DNA of 64,000 nt, from contig NC_047066.1 of NCBI RefSeq assembly GCF_902459465.1, forward strand, positions 1,116,001-1,180,000, read 5' to 3'. Positions 1 to 13,575 of the stretch are shown one piece after another. A model generated the notes under the pieces. It was not told where the DNA came from and did not search any database. It saw only the letters and a list, made by a program, of their open reading frames with translations. How positions within the stretch are numbered: the first letter of the stretch is position 1; the number at the start of each line of letters is the position of its first letter. The position numbers were made by a program, and so were the translations under genes. This DNA comes from Asterias rubens (lineage: Eukaryota).

Positions 1-1385
1 CTATATAGACATTGAGAACATTAGACAACAATAGAAAGATGCTAAAAAGCAATGATGCAAAATGAAGGGTTTTGTGAAATCAACGGCCGTAAAGTCTGAT
101 ACATAATGCAACTTGTGACGTCACTAGTGTGCCAAAGACCGTCCAGGTCAGATGTTTGTATAGGCACAACGTGTTTTAAAGTAGCTATTGAATGAATATA
201 GACCGCAAGGGAAACTGACTGGGTAAATAAAAAAATAAAAAAATTGGGTTCAATCTACAAACTAACCTGATGCCTATATAGCCCTATGTTGACGGTTACC
301 CTATTTTGTCAATATTATCTTTGTTCGGGTGCCAGTCAAAAGCCATCCGTCACAACATTTAAGTGCCGTGAAGCCAGGAATCGCACACAGGTTTGCGATA
401 CAACATTATACCAAGTATCACCAGTGGATGTATGGTAAATTAAAACGTTTGTAATAATGCTCCCAATAGTTCAATTGTCAAATAATACTAAAAGCCATAT
501 AAACAGAAGATACAACATTTTACAATGCATTATTATTATTATTTTTTTTTTAAATAGTTGGATCGGCGGCGGCGGATATGTTTAGGGACCTCTCGCACAA
601 GTATTATAGAGCGGGACTTGAATCAAGTCTAATCCCACCCCAGCACCGCCCACTCTCCCAATTGAGTTAAGAACGTTTTAAGGGCTTCCTAAAACTTTCC
701 TACAACGAAAATAATTTTTGAAGTAATTCCCATTTAATACATTCTTCCATTTTGGAAACAAATTTGTATATTTACATTTGATTATTTCTTTTTCGGTATG
801 GTAATGATTCAACGAGTCGAAATATTGCTACAGAAAGTACACACTGTCTATGAGTGTGATGGTCCATTAAAATACATAAATAAAAGTGTCGGGTTTTTGA
901 TCTAATCAAGGGAAATGTTTTGGTTTCTAGGAGACGAGATCGTTGAGAGTAAAACTCAAATAGAGAGGGGAAAATGTAGATTTACTGCATCAATGGGGTC
1001 GATAAGGATGCACTTTAATATGTACACAGTTAGCTGTGATTTTAAAGGGCCACCTAAGACTTCAAGGCAAATAATACATTTTTATTTTTGGAGCCGTTGA
1101 TATTTTTAATATATATAAATATTAAAAATATGATATATCAATAAAACCAAGCTTTGAAAAATTCATTTCAAAAGGTGGGTCCATTTATTTTAAGATAAAA
1201 TCAGCCTAACATCCGGACCAGTTAGGTCTATTCGTTGGACGTTAATGTTTTACTCATTTCTTCAAAACTACAGCATCCCAGAGTGAGTAATATTTGAAGG
1301 GAAGCTTTCTACTATCATTGTCTTCAAACGCTGTAAGTTTAATGTAAATCTGTGAAAATTTTGAAAAAGTACCCGAATCCTTTAA

Positions 1386-1773
1386 AGGCAGTGGACACTA
1401 TTGGTAAAATAATCAAAATACTCAAAATAATTATCACCATAAAACCTTTCTTGATTACGAGTAATGGGGAGAGGCGGATGATATAAAACATTGTGAGAAA
1501 CGGCTCCCTCTGAAGTGACGTAGTTTTCGAGAAAGAAGTAATTTTCCACGAATTTGATTTCGAGACCTCAAGTTTAGAATTTGAGGTCTAGAAATCAAGC
1601 GTCTGAAAGCACACAACTTCGTGTAACAAGGGTGCTTTTTCTTTCATTATTATCTCGAAGATTCGACGACCAATTGAGCTCAAATTTTCACAGGTTGGTT
1701 ATTTTATGCATATGTTGAGATACACCAACTGTGAAGACTAGTCTTTGACAATTACCAATAGTGTACATTGTCT
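1386..1773. mobile_element. Non-autonomous TTAA-flanked MITE, family A (Kolobok-like)
   Basis: TTAA|AGGCAGTGGACACTATTGGTAA ... TTACCAATAGTGTACATTGTCT|TTAA. Shares its left TTAA with the right end of a family-B copy. Superfamily inferred from TTAA target and RR..YY termini. Confidence 0.8.
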
Positions 1774-1912
1774 TTAAATGGATATGTTATTGATTCGATT
1801 CTCAAACTAGTAGTGTTTGTGGGTTCTGTCAAGAGTCTTTCTCAATATTCAATTCAGAGTCTATTCCATCAAAGCCACCATTGGTAGTGCAAACATTCAG
1901 ACTGAATATTGT

Positions 1913-2123
1913 TACATACATAGTAATGTACATACATAGTAAAGTACATACATAGTAAGGTACATACATAGTAAGGTACATGCATAGTAAGGTACATACA
2001 TAGTAAGGTACATACATATTAAGGTACATACGTAGTAAGGTACATACATAGTAAGGTACATACATAGTAAGGTACATACATAGTAAGGTACATACATAGT
2101 AAGGTACATACATAGTAAGGTAC
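1913..2123. repeat. 16-bp minisatellite (TACATACATAGTAAGG), about 13 copies
   Basis: Directly visible tandem array; explains the repetitive ORFs at 1829-2113 and 1912-2109. Confidence 0.95.
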
Positions 2124-2726
2124 GTTAGTCATGGGTTTGTAATGGGCTCATGCCTTTGAATAGAATTTTTACAGACACTCAGAATATGTCATGAGAAATA
2201 TATTTGGCTATTAGGGACATCGCAGATTTACCCAATGAAAACAACATAGCCACATTAAACAATTTGAAAATTGCTCATACATCTGTATTGTTTCAAATAA
2301 CAAATCTGCGATGATCCTTTAGTAAAATACCTTTTGTCAAAATTGCTTATACCAACTAAAAGTACTTATGGTATAAATGCACTCAATAGTTAATGGCCTG
2401 ACGTTTTGACCCTAACCTAGTCTTAATACCTAGCTGGGATCGAAACCTCAGACCATTAACTATCAACTTAATATGAGAGAGAAAGAAAACGATAACACCG
2501 AGTTATTAAATAATTATAATAAAACGCACGTATTCTACAGTAGCTAGAGTGTTTACATCAATAATATCCCGGTTCATTAAGCATACCTTTAGAATTTTTT
2601 TTGACCAATCTCAACTCCTTGGGAGTTTACAGCCCCAAGGTGATTAAAGTTGCTCTAAATGGGTTAATCCAACAAAATACTGACTTAGCCCTCTCAGACT
2701 CCACCTATGTTAAGAGAAGCAATAAT

Positions 2727-2800
2727 TGTTAAGTGCCTTGCTCAACAACACAAGTATCATGCATGGGAATCGAACCCACACTCCGATCTTTAGACATCAG
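2727..2800 (-). mobile_element. tRNA-derived SINE fragment
   Basis: Reverse complement contains B-box GTGGGTTCGATTCCC followed by ...ACTTGTGTTGTTGAGCAAGGCACTTAAC; similar to the copy at 47097. Confidence 0.55.
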
Positions 2801-2818
2801 AACATTATTTATAGAAGT

Positions 2819-4030
2819 TTATAATCTTGTCAATTGTGAGTATTGTGAACTTCTGTCAGGAGTCGTTTCATTCAAGTTGAATTGAACATTCTCTTCACCA
2901 TGTCTCTTGACGCTACGGCCAGCTTCCACCAAGCTGTCATTGACCGTCACGAATCTAGAGCGAGCCCGGGGTCCACCCTTACCCCGGGTCGAACACGTAA
3001 ACGCCCGTATGAACGCCCTCCGGTAACGGGAATTAGTTGCGTTATAGACAATCGGGTTAGCCGCCGAATTTATCGAGACAAGAATCCGAAAGACCAAGAG
3101 AATAAAAGTCTCAGTGACTGGATTGGAGAAAAGTTGCTGTCCAGCTAGATTCGCTATCAACCCACACATGTTGAGGAACTGGAACGGGGCGTGGCAAATG
3201 AAGAACACAACCACGTTGGCCACCAGCATTGTTGTAACTTGGTGGGTTGTGCGGGAGGTACGTCGAGTGTGAACGGACTCTCTCTCAAACGCACTCCGTC
3301 CTCTGAGATTACGGATAATCTTAGTAAAGAACACGGCATTGCAGATGAGAGCAGAGAAGAATGGAACTGTCTGCAAGGCATCGAATAATAACAAATTCCA
3401 TAAAGCTGATGGTCTGCAACGTCCTACATGCTCGGGGAAGTTACTAAACTCATCAGTTCCAGGCCATTCAATGCAGACCTTTTGGTGAACAGATTGAATA
3501 GGAATTGCCCAAATGCTGAATAGGACAGCGACAGCCCAAGCACCGACCAAAAGTTTAGAAGCTCTGCTCTTGGTGTTAATCGAGAGATGCTTCAATGGGT
3601 GACATACTGCTAGGTATCTCTCGGTCGATATAAGACAAACTAAAGTAATGGAGGCAAAGTAACCCAAGTAGGCGAAGAAGTTATTAGCAATACAGCCTGG
3701 AGCACCAATGTAATGTCCGCTCGAAGGCACCCCTATCCCGAAGTAATACACTATCGGTATAGCTGCATTTTCCACGAGTAAAATCAAGTCTGCAAAGGCT
3801 AAGTTCACCAAATAGAAGTTGACGAGGGTCTGCATTGTCCGCACTCTGGCAATGACGAACAGAAAAGCACAGTTTCCCAATAACCCTACAGTGAGGACAA
3901 TGATGATGCTGATGATTTTAACTTGTATAGTTACACCAGAGAAGGTGTAACGTTGTATAACAGAGTCATCTGCAACAGTAAGATTCACAAAAGAATCACA
4001 TGCAGCAGCTACCTGATTGTTTGCCCCCAT
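2819..4030 (-). CDS. Class A (rhodopsin-like) GPCR, 403 aa, peptide-receptor-like orphan
   Basis: Seven hydrophobic segments; GN (TM1), LAFAD (TM2), ERYLAVCHP (TM3), ANPIVY (TM7); single coding exon; splice acceptor TGTCAG 2 nt before ATG. Confidence 0.93.
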   Translation of the reverse strand: MGANNQVAAACDSFVNLTVADDSVIQRYTFSGVTIQVKIISIIIVLTVGLLGNCAFLFVIARVRTMQTLVNFYLVNLAFADLILLVENAAIPIVYYFGIGVPSSGHYIGAPGCIANNFFAYLGYFASITLVCLISTERYLAVCHPLKHLSINTKSRASKLLVGAWAVAVLFSIWAIPIQSVHQKVCIEWPGTDEFSNFPEHVGRCRPSALWNLLLFDALQTVPFFSALICNAVFFTKIIRNLRGRSAFERESVHTRRTSRTTHQVTTMLVANVVVFFICHAPFQFLNMCGLIANLAGQQLFSNPVTETFILLVFRILVSINSAANPIVYNATNSRYRRAFIRAFTCSTRGKGGPRARSRFVTVNDSLVEAGRSVKRHGEENVQFNLNETTPDRSSQYSQLTRL

Positions 4031-4608
4031 GGCTGACAGTCAGAGTTACGACAAAAAGAGTTGAGTCACACTGTTTAGAATTCTCAGAAGTTTAACGCAC
4101 GTTCTCGCCTATCAGTTTCAATTCACCGTGTGTACAGACAGATCTCTGTCCTCTCTCACTGGATTGAGATCTAACTTAGACACGTTACAGGAAACTTAAG
4201 TCTTTATCAAGATGGAGTACAGCCTCATCAACAAGGCAAGAAGACATGTAGACCAGGGTGGGTTTCATGACAACGAGTGAGTAGATACAGACGGTTGCTA
4301 CGTGCTGTCTCTGCGGTAAACTCATTATGCGGCACACCATAGATGAAGTCTTAACAAACAATTACACAAAGTAGTGTACTTCAAATCCCCTTAAGAGCAC
4401 ACCGAACTGAATCCAACATCAATTTTGCTATTAATATTGTTTTGCAGTTCATAACAAATGACTGGTGAGATTTTATTTGAAAGAGTATGCGCAACGATGT
4501 TTAATGCTACAATGCGTGTGCTAATAGCACGCTCAATGTACTCCACCCAACCGACTGTATAGTGCGTGTTTCGGATTGAGTAGAACGAAACCCCACACAT
4601 TGATTTAA

Positions 4609-4971
4609 AGGCAGTGGACACTATTGGTAGTTACTCAAAATAATTATTATCATAAAACCTTTCTTGGTTACGAGTAATGGGGAGAGGTTGATAATATAAA
4701 ACATGAAGTCTGAAGTGACGTAGTTTTCAAGAAAGAACCAAATTTCCACGAATTTGATTTCGAGACCCGAGATTTAGAATTTGAGGTCTCGAAATCAAGC
4801 ATCTGAAAGCACACAACTTCGTGTGAAAAGGGTGTTTTTTCCCCATTAATATCTCGCAACTTCGACGACTGATTGAGCTCAAATTTTCAGAGGTTTGTTA
4901 TTTTATGAATCTGTTGAGATACAGCAAGTGAGAAGACTGGTCTTTGACAATTACCAATAGTGTCGGTGTCT
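4609..4971. mobile_element. MITE family A
   Basis: TTAA|AGGCAGTGGACACTATTGGTA ... TTACCAATAGTGTCGGTGTCT|TTAA. Confidence 0.8.
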
Positions 4972-5261
4972 TTAAATGACGCACTTTACTGACATCTTAA
5001 TATAATACATTTAGTAACGCCCAGACACTTGATGGACAAGCAACTCGACGATAATGGCAGCTAATATAAAAACAATCATGTTTGGACGACGCTGTGAGTT
5101 TTAAATCATGATCATTAATCACTTTCTCTCCCTGATTTCGAATGTTTATAGTTGTGCATGCATGTTGTGGTGCTTCTGTTAGTAAAGCTTTGGTTATTTA
5201 TCATTTCCCTTGTCATTGAACTTTTTTAAAGCAATTTACATTAAAATGTAAATTGCTTTAA

Positions 5262-5622
5262 AGCAATCGCACAACATCGGTAAGCAGTATTGTCCAAAGG
5301 CCCACACTTCGTGTATCACAACTTATATATAAACCTTTGAAAATTAAGGCCCAGTCGGTCATCGGAGTCGCGAGAAAATAACGGGAAAACCAACCCTTGT
5401 TTCCCGCACGTTTCGCCGTGTCATGACATGTGTTTAAAGTAAATCCGTTATTCTCGATATCGAGTATTGATAATTGTTTTAATGTTTTCTCAAAAAGTAA
5501 AGCATTTCATGGAATAATACTTTAAGTGAAGTCTTTCACCATTACCTTATGTAAACCCTGTAAGTTATTTGTAAATATGTGAACTTTTAATTTTTGTTCT
5601 ATTCAGAAAGTGTCCAATGGCT
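5262..5622. mobile_element. TTAA-flanked MITE, family C
   Basis: TTAA|AGCAATCGCACAACATCGGTAA ... GAAAGTGTCCAATGGCT|TTAA; body similar to copies at 12413, 47661, 49876 and 59297. Confidence 0.8.
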
Positions 5623-7360
5623 TTAAAAAAAATTATTTTAATAAACCATCAATATTAATAATAATTGCATTGTCTGCAATAATTGATGAATCGTGCAACT
5701 TGAAAGGATATCATTGGCTGTGAGTTGTGCGCAGTGCATACGATATTTTTCATCAACAAAGATGGCGGCTAATGACGTCACGTGCAATCTGCGCACTTAG
5801 CGTCAATGTTGTGAATGTGTGAGTTTTACGAGAGACAATTAAACAGTTTAAACAGCGGATCATCGCAATCGTCTTATTGCTTTATTTCCAAGTTATTTAC
5901 ATCGATATTTGAATATTTCAGACAGCCGTTTCGTTCGAAGTGCCATTTAAGGGAAAAGTTAACTTTTTGTTTTTTTTTACCCAATAAAAACATAAAAATA
6001 AATACTTCGAAGTAAGCTGTGAAAATTTCAGAGCAGAAATATTTCCCATTAACAAATAACTGTATGAACTTCATAACCAGTAAGCTCTCATACTAAAGTT
6101 GGGCAACGGTGTTTTTGTATCCTTACAAATTTCATACATTAATTTGTTCTCCTTCTTAATTTAAATCTTGCCTAACCTTTTGAGCATTAAATCTGCCACC
6201 GACTGAGATTTACGAAAAGTTGTCAAACTATTTCGGTCATTATTTGTGTTGATGAAGAGTACGAGGCTAAGTTTCAATCCTAAAAACCCCAAACCCCAAA
6301 CTTGCAACCTCGTTTTCAGTTTAGAGTTTCTTGTGACAAAGTGCGGGGACTCGTCGCAAAACTTTGTCAAAAGAATTTCTTAACATACAGTTTGTGAGCA
6401 GACCTCTTATTGACATTCTTCACAAGTTTTCTAAAGCAAAAACATTACTTCTGACAGAAGCAAAGGTCTGGCAGAAAGCTACTTCGGACTTCGACGTAAA
6501 CTCTCTTCATATACAGCATAATTTCTCAATAAGATATGTGGTTGATCGACAAAGATCGAGCGGTGTTTAAAGTTTGCGCACAATCTATCCTGCACAAATT
6601 TTGAAAACATGCAAGAAAACAAAGTTTGTTTACGTAAAAATATGGCACACCGCGCCAATTTCAAAAACGGCCATAACACGCGCCTAACACTGCAATGTTT
6701 GTTTGCTAACTACCAAAATGTTATTCTCCAGCAATAACTCTGCTAAAAACAGCAGAGTTCTCTTAGACCCATGGGGTTAGGATGGGATGAGAAGTTATAT
6801 GTCCAGCCCGTACGGCCCATTGAGACTTACTGACCATACAACGGTCCAAAGACAAAAACAAAAGCAGCTGGTCTCTGATTCAACCAGAATGACACTTTCA
6901 ATGATGAATGTGAATGTATTTACTCCTCTCTCAGATGACCATATCTAATTGACACGCCGTCCACTCCCAATCTGGCCGGCCCCCATCTTTGAAAATTCTT
7001 GCAGGACAGTTATTATTTCCCGCACTGACTGTAGAAAGTGTAGCCACAACGGACGGATCTAAATGAAAAGTAAACAATTCAATTTCAATAAAACAAACAG
7101 CATCGTACAATGAACCCAAAGTTCACACGGTCTGTAAATGAAGACGTGGTTTTGCATTTAATCAGACTCGGATAAGGTTTTTTCATTCCCGCTTTTTTTA
7201 ATTACTGCCCATCACCACAAACAAATTCCGACCTCATCACAGTGACCAGTCCAACAGAACAAACAACTCACCAAGAGTCTCTCTGTAATTGGTTTAAAAC
7301 CCTAAGTTGAGTTTGTCAAACCAAAATTTTTAAATAGTGGTTTGTTTACAAATGCCTTAA

Positions 7361-7620
7361 AGAGACACGTTGTCATGGAACAGTCGAGTTGGTAATATGA
7401 AAAGCGTTTTGTAACCGTTTGTTATATAACGCATATGGTTGAAAGATGTTTTAAAAGTGGATTTATTAACGAGCTCACAAACATGATTTGAACTGGCATG
7501 GTGTTCCTTACACGTCGTGAACAAACACGGCATGCCATTTGTGGAGTCAAGTTTTTTACTCAATAAAATGACCGCAAAGTAAAAGGAAAACCATCAATTT
7601 CGAGGCATGTTTGTATGCTC
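7361..7620. mobile_element. Truncated MITE, family D
   Basis: TTAA|AGAGACACGTTGTCATGGAACAGTCGAGTTGG resembles the left end of full copies at 43408 and 60157; no right end seen. Confidence 0.6.
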
Positions 7621-8836
7621 GTTAATATTTTTGAGTAAGGGGATTCGAACGTGGGTGTGAATCCAGACACATGAACTTCATTCTGTAATAGAACCGAGTT
7701 GAGTATATATATATATAGAGTCTGAAATCGCGGTTATTTCTCTGCATCAGCCACGAAAAACGCCCAACAGCACGCGCCCCAACTCGCAGTAGACTAATGA
7801 CGGAAGTTAACCTGCAAGAAATAAATGTGTGCAAATACAAATACAAATACAATACAAGAGGGCGCTACTTCAGGCAATAGTGTATTTGGCTATTTCGGGT
7901 AAACTTAAAGCTATACGATGGTAGACTTGGAACCAAGTCTAGAGTATGCGGAGCTGAGCTACAAAGCGTATGAGGGTAAAACCAAAATGATGTTGTTTTC
8001 CAGTCGCTTTATAATTACTGTGACTGAATACTATTTGTGGATACCTTTAAAGTAGCCAGCGTACGTGGCTGGGTATTTTTGATGAAGTGAGAACGTGCAC
8101 TAACGCCTCAATTTTGTTAATTAGTTTCTGTTTACCTTGGTCTTAGACGGGTTTAAAATCAAATCTAAAAAACAGAAGAAGCACTATTCTAAGAAGGGGT
8201 TATGTAAATTCCTCTCTTTTTTTGGGAGAGTAATAGAACGCCTTTGTCTTATGTGTCACATCTTATGAGAGGAGCACAGTTTATTTGTAATATTTTCATT
8301 TATTTAGTCAAATTTTAACTTTTGTTTGTGTGATGAGGGGTTCGGCCATTGTTAATTATAGTTTGACAACAATTTGTTTACTTTATTTCATCAAAATCCC
8401 GTCTTCACTTTTGGCCATTGACCAATCCTCTTCATTCAGCAAATAAATATAAAAGTTCTCTACATGTCTAGGCGAGTCTTAAAGCTATAGCAACCCAATA
8501 ATGGACAGACTCTATGGAATCCAAAGTTCACTCGGACCTTTATATGTTTTAATTAACTTTAAAATACTGTAGTAATTGAAAGTGGGCGAGGCAGGTTGGT
8601 GCCTGCATTAAAGTTTGACCGCGCTTCTTTCTGCACGGTTCGAAGTCAACGCATCCAATTTATTTACAGTGTAAATTCTTGCACATCTAAGGAGCAGTAT
8701 TTATCATCACGCAGCCATAATGTCTGGGCCGGAAGTAGACATAGATGTAAAATGAATATTCTAACACGTGCATCTACACTGAGCTGTTAATTATTAAATT
8801 CCAAGTATTATATGTGGGGATTTTTACGTGACTTAA

Positions 8837-9180
8837 GGGGTCACTTTTGTAGGACAACAAACACAATGTCCACAGATTTACACTAAACTTACACAGTTTG
8901 AAGATAATGATAGAAGAAAGCTTCCCTGAAAATATTACGTGCTGAGGTGCTTGAGTTTTTGGGAAATGAGTAAAACAATGTCATGAAAATAATTTTCTTC
9001 TCATGAGACGAACATGATTTTAATCATTTGCAAACACATTTTCATGACATTGTTTTACTCATTTCTCAAAAACTACAGCATCTCAGGAAGTAATATTTGA
9101 ATGGAAGCTTTCCACTATCAATATCTTCAAACCCTGTTTAATGTTAATCTATGGACATTTTGAAAAAGTACCCAAATCCT
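8837..9180. mobile_element. TTAA-flanked MITE, family B
   Basis: Body CACAATGTCCACAGATTTACACTAAACTTAC...; right end AAAAGTACCCAAATCCT|TTAA. Confidence 0.75.
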
Positions 9181-9184
9181 TTAA

Positions 9185-9555
9185 AGCCACTGGACACTTT
9201 TGGTATTCAGTCTAATCACTTGGTGTATCTCAACATAGGCCTATGCATAAAATAACAAACCTGTTAAAATTTGAGCTCAATATTGGTCGTCGAGGTTGGG
9301 AGATAACAATGAAAGAAAAACACCCTTGTCACACGAAGTTGTGTGCGTTTAGATGGTTGATTTCGAAACCTCAAATTCTAAATCTGAGGTCTCGAAATCA
9401 AAGTCGTTGAAAATAACTTCTTACTCGAAAACTACGTTACTTCAGAGGGAGCTGTTTCTAAAAATGTGTTATTATTATCCACCTCTCCCCATTACTCGTT
9501 ACCAAGTAAGGTTTTATGCCAATAAATTGAGTAGTTACCAATAGTGTCCAATGCT
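9185..9555. mobile_element. MITE family A, abutting the family-B copy
   Basis: TTAA|AGCCACTGGACAC ... TTACCAATAGTGTCCAATGCT|TTAA; the left TTAA is shared with 8837-9180. Confidence 0.8.
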
Positions 9556-10846
9556 TTAACGCTCCCGAGATAAAGCATTGAATAAAGATTTGTAATTTTG
9601 TACGAAAAGCTTTCAGTAATCCAAAAATCCCTATTAAATTCAATCTGCCAGCACCATTAGACTTTCACCTGCGAAACAAATAAGCCCAGACTGTTCTGAG
9701 CTTCACTGTATTTCACTCTGTTACTACTCATTACATTTTGTTAATAATTGATAGAACTTCATGCATTGAAGTCACTGGGCCGCCATCTTAAAGGTAAAGC
9801 GGCGACGCAATATTGAAAAATGATTCTATTATGTACGCGCAGCGCGAAGGATGGGCCAATGAGCAACCTTCTTTTAGACTCTAGCTGAGGGCGCCCTACT
9901 CAAATGACGTTTTGTCCTCGAGGTTGATGCGGCTTTTTTTCGGACCGAATGAAATCTCCGTTGTAACATATTCGTCGTTGTACTAACTTGATTAGCCTTA
10001 ACTCCAAACACACAAAATTTAAGTGATAAATGCACTGTCATCTATTGGGGCATTGTGTGCCTTTCCAGAGATTCGCAATAATAATACGTAATGGGAGCAC
10101 GTTCGGGTTGGAAGGGACCGCTGACAAAATGGATGATGATTTCAACATCGTATGACGTGTTTCGGTACCCTCTTCAAAGGGCATATAAATTGATGCAATT
10201 CCATGTTAATATTTACAAGGCGTTTCAAGAGAGAAACGGTGAGAAATAGAGAGAGCTTTGAGGAGAAAGCAATCAAACGCACAGAGAGTCGTGAAGTGCA
10301 AAGATTTGTAATATTCATATTCGAAGGTGTTGAGAACAACCCGGGTATTCCGAGCAGCGTATATTCAGGGGATATCGTTGCCGTGTTGCGTCGTGGAAAC
10401 CCCCACTGCCATCACCAGGGCGTGACTCTTAATTCGCCGTACTTCAGATACCGCGGTAACTTATCACCGTCGAACACCATCGTGTTGCTCATTACTTCTA
10501 TGTGTTTTTTGTTTCGCTCGATTGTGTTTTGACATCGAAGCTTCTGTGGCATTAAACATCAATCACAAATTGCTATATCGCTTGGATAATTTTGTAGACC
10601 GTCAAGCTCAAACTATACGTACAGAACAACAACATCGTGTACGTGGGAGATGGGAGATTTTGAGGGGATGTTATCTCTAGAGGTTCCACTGGTACTTTAG
10701 TGATCGTCAATTTTTGTGAAACAGTCTGTGCTTTCTGAATGGATAGATCCTGATTAAACACTTGAGTCCAGAACTTGAGATTGTTATGTGATTTATGAAA
10801 AGTTGACATTGTATTATCGTCTGATATTCAGCTGCAACATTCAACA

Positions 10847-12145
10847 ATGGGTTCAGATACGAGTAAAACACACTGCTCTGTAGAAAACAGTCTCAATCTC
10901 ACCACGCATTCCGAAGCTAGAGATTTCATTCTTGACCCACTGGTCATCACCCTGACTCAGTACCTGCTACCAGTCATCTTACTCGTTGGTCTGGTAGGCA
11001 ATGCCGCGTTCCTCTTCGTAGTTTACCGCATCCCGAGCATGAGGACGGTGACCAACTATTACCTTGCTAACCTTGCCGTTGCGGACTCAGTGTTCCTATC
11101 CATTGTGGTTGTCACAAGGATCTATCAGCTGGGAGTTTACGGTGAAGTTCCCACTGCTCACCTGGGATTGGCTGGTTGTATTTCAAATACTATCTTCAAC
11201 TACTCGTTCCATTTTGCGGGGATGATCCTTATAACATTGATGTCACTGGAGCGTTTTCTAGCCGTATGTCATCCTCTTCGACACCGTTTGATCAGTGGGC
11301 GTAGACGCACTATCAGGATGATTGTAGCCTGCTGGATTCTGGCAGTATTTCTAACATCATTCCAGATTCCAACTTCCATGATCTTCGACCGTCTTTGCAT
11401 CCAATGGCCTGCCTCTGAAGAGTACGCTAACCTCCCTGATGTTATTGGAAAATGTTCGGCTCTAGACAAGCCATGGGTTATCCCTATGTTCCACTCGGCT
11501 CAGACTCTTCCATTCTTCGTGGCATTCTTTGGGAGTTTTTATTTCTACGTCTCAATCGTCATCAGATTGAATAAGAGAAACTCATCAAGCGACCGTCAGC
11601 AGGTAATACGTACCCGTAACCACGTGGCCTTCATGCTGATCGTTAATGGGACAGTCTTCTTTTTGACACTCTCTCCTTTTGAAGTCACCTCCATGATACT
11701 CTTCGTCGAAGGGTTCATGGATGACGTCATTCTGATCCCTTACGATATCAGGGGGTTGTTATTTGAGGTAAATCGCATTTTGTTGTTCATCAATTCTGCC
11801 ATTAATCCCATAGTGTACACGGTTACCAACGCTAGATATAGACGTGCCTTCAAGAGAGCCTTTACGCCGGCTTCATGGAGCAACGGACGGCCGCGCCATT
11901 CCACGATTTTCAGTACTTTCCCGGAGTATTGCTCTAAATACCACATGCATATGGGAGGTTTATCGCATGGTCCCCCATCCCCACCACCATCAAAGAGCCC
12001 AATGGTTGCTAGACCCGCTACATACTCTAACACATGTTTCAATGATGACTTTTCAATTGATATCTTAAACAATGATATTCAAGGAACAATGGAAACGTTA
12101 CAAGAAAGTCAACTCGACAATTCAGAGCTTCAACAAGTCAAATAA
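10847..12145 (+). CDS. Class A GPCR, 432 aa, peptide-receptor-like orphan
   Basis: GN, LAVAD, ERFLAVCHP, INPIVY motifs; seven TM segments; Pro-rich C-tail; close paralogue of 16493-17752. Confidence 0.93.
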   Translation: MGSDTSKTHCSVENSLNLTTHSEARDFILDPLVITLTQYLLPVILLVGLVGNAAFLFVVYRIPSMRTVTNYYLANLAVADSVFLSIVVVTRIYQLGVYGEVPTAHLGLAGCISNTIFNYSFHFAGMILITLMSLERFLAVCHPLRHRLISGRRRTIRMIVACWILAVFLTSFQIPTSMIFDRLCIQWPASEEYANLPDVIGKCSALDKPWVIPMFHSAQTLPFFVAFFGSFYFYVSIVIRLNKRNSSSDRQQVIRTRNHVAFMLIVNGTVFFLTLSPFEVTSMILFVEGFMDDVILIPYDIRGLLFEVNRILLFINSAINPIVYTVTNARYRRAFKRAFTPASWSNGRPRHSTIFSTFPEYCSKYHMHMGGLSHGPPSPPPSKSPMVARPATYSNTCFNDDFSIDILNNDIQGTMETLQESQLDNSELQQVK

Positions 12146-12412
12146 TAAGCTGTAATCATCGAAATCTATACTGACGAATTCTATTTGTTTATTATAAGTA
12201 TAGCATCGTGAAAAAAGGACTTCATAATAAACTCGAATTTAATTTGCTGGATGTTTAAAAATGAAACTACAACTATAATTGTTTTAATGTTTGATTATTT
12301 CACTTATATAATGGTGTTTAATAGGCACCATATTGTGTTGATTTTTGGTTTATGAAAGGCTTTCCATAGGGGGCCGATAATGTGACGACGAGCTAAGATC
12401 AATTGGTCTTAA

Positions 12413-13125
12413 AGCAATCGCACAACATCGGTAAACAGTATTGTCCAAAGGCCCACACTTCTTGTATCACAATTTATATATAAAAATAACAAACCTGTGA
12501 ACATTTAGGCTCTATTGGTCATCGGATTCGTTTCGGGAGAAACACACGGGAAAACCCATCCTTGTTTCCGCACGTTTCGCCGTGTCTTGACATGTGTTTA
12601 AAACAATCCGTTATTTCGTCATCGAAAATAAATATTTGTTTTAAAGACATTGGTAATTGTCAAAGACCAGTCTTCTCACTATCAACATATACATAAAATA
12701 ACACCGCCTGTGAACAATTGAGCTCGATTGGTCGTTGGAGTTGCGAGATACCTATGAAAGAAAAAAAACACCCTTGTCACACAAAGTTGTGTGCTTTCAG
12801 ATGCTTGATTTCGGGACCTCAAATTCTAAACTTGAGGTGGAAAATTACTTCTTTCTCGAAAACTACGTCACTTCAGAGGGAGCCGTTTCGTACAATGTTT
12901 TATACTATCAACCTCTCCCCATTACTCGTCACCAATTAAGGTTTTATGCTAATAATTATTTTGAGTATATACCAATAGTGTCCACTGCCTTTAATGTTTT
13001 CTCAAAAAGTAAAGCAGTTCATGAAATAATATTTCAAGAGAAGTCTTTCACCATTACCTTCTGTAAACCCTGTAAGTTTAAATCTGTGACCTTTTAATGT
13101 TTTTGCTGTTCAGAAAGTGTCCAAT
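12413..13125. mobile_element. Family C MITE with a nested family A MITE (12645-12990)
   Basis: The family A copy is flanked by TTAA at 12641 and 12991 and interrupts the GTTTTAATGTTTTCTC segment that is uninterrupted in other family C copies. Confidence 0.8.
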
Positions 13126-13389
13126 ACGCCGCTCTTAATATTTATGCATGAGGTACGTCACAATGCTAACTAAAAACGAGGCGATGGGCGCAGCCACTGC
13201 AAGTGATGGGGAACGTGCGCCCATAGCCTCATTTTGGGTAAGAATGATGACGTCATGCATAAGTATTAAGAGGGGCGTATGGCTTGCACTGCAACTCAAT
13301 CGTAGTTGCTTAGTAAATTGTGATGTCAAAATACAAATCACTAATGGTGATACTGACATTTTGTATCACGATGGAATAGTGTCAACAGC

Positions 13390-13575
13390 TCCCCAGCCGT
13401 CAGTTTCACCAAACTCTTCCTAACTTATGATTAATCTAAGGACTTATGACGGGTTAAGTTCCGTATCCATAGAAGTTAGGACATAATTGAACCCATCCTA
13501 AGTTAGGACGAGTTACTCGTCCTAACTCCTAACGTAGGATTAATCCTATAAATATAGCGTTTCGTGAAATAGCAT
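13390..13575. mobile_element. Degenerate MITE, possibly Harbinger-type
   Basis: TTTCACCAAACTC ... TTTCGTGAAAT ends resemble the TTTCACGAA core of the autonomous TIR; internal TCCTAAC/GTTAGGA repeats. Confidence 0.4.

Noticed and set aside
1829-2113. Repetitive Tyr/Cys/Met ORFs
   Set aside because: Translation of the 16-bp tandem repeat.
6934-7069. Possible non-coding exon (acceptor and donor pair) for the second GPCR
   Set aside because: Only splice-like dinucleotides; too common to support a call.
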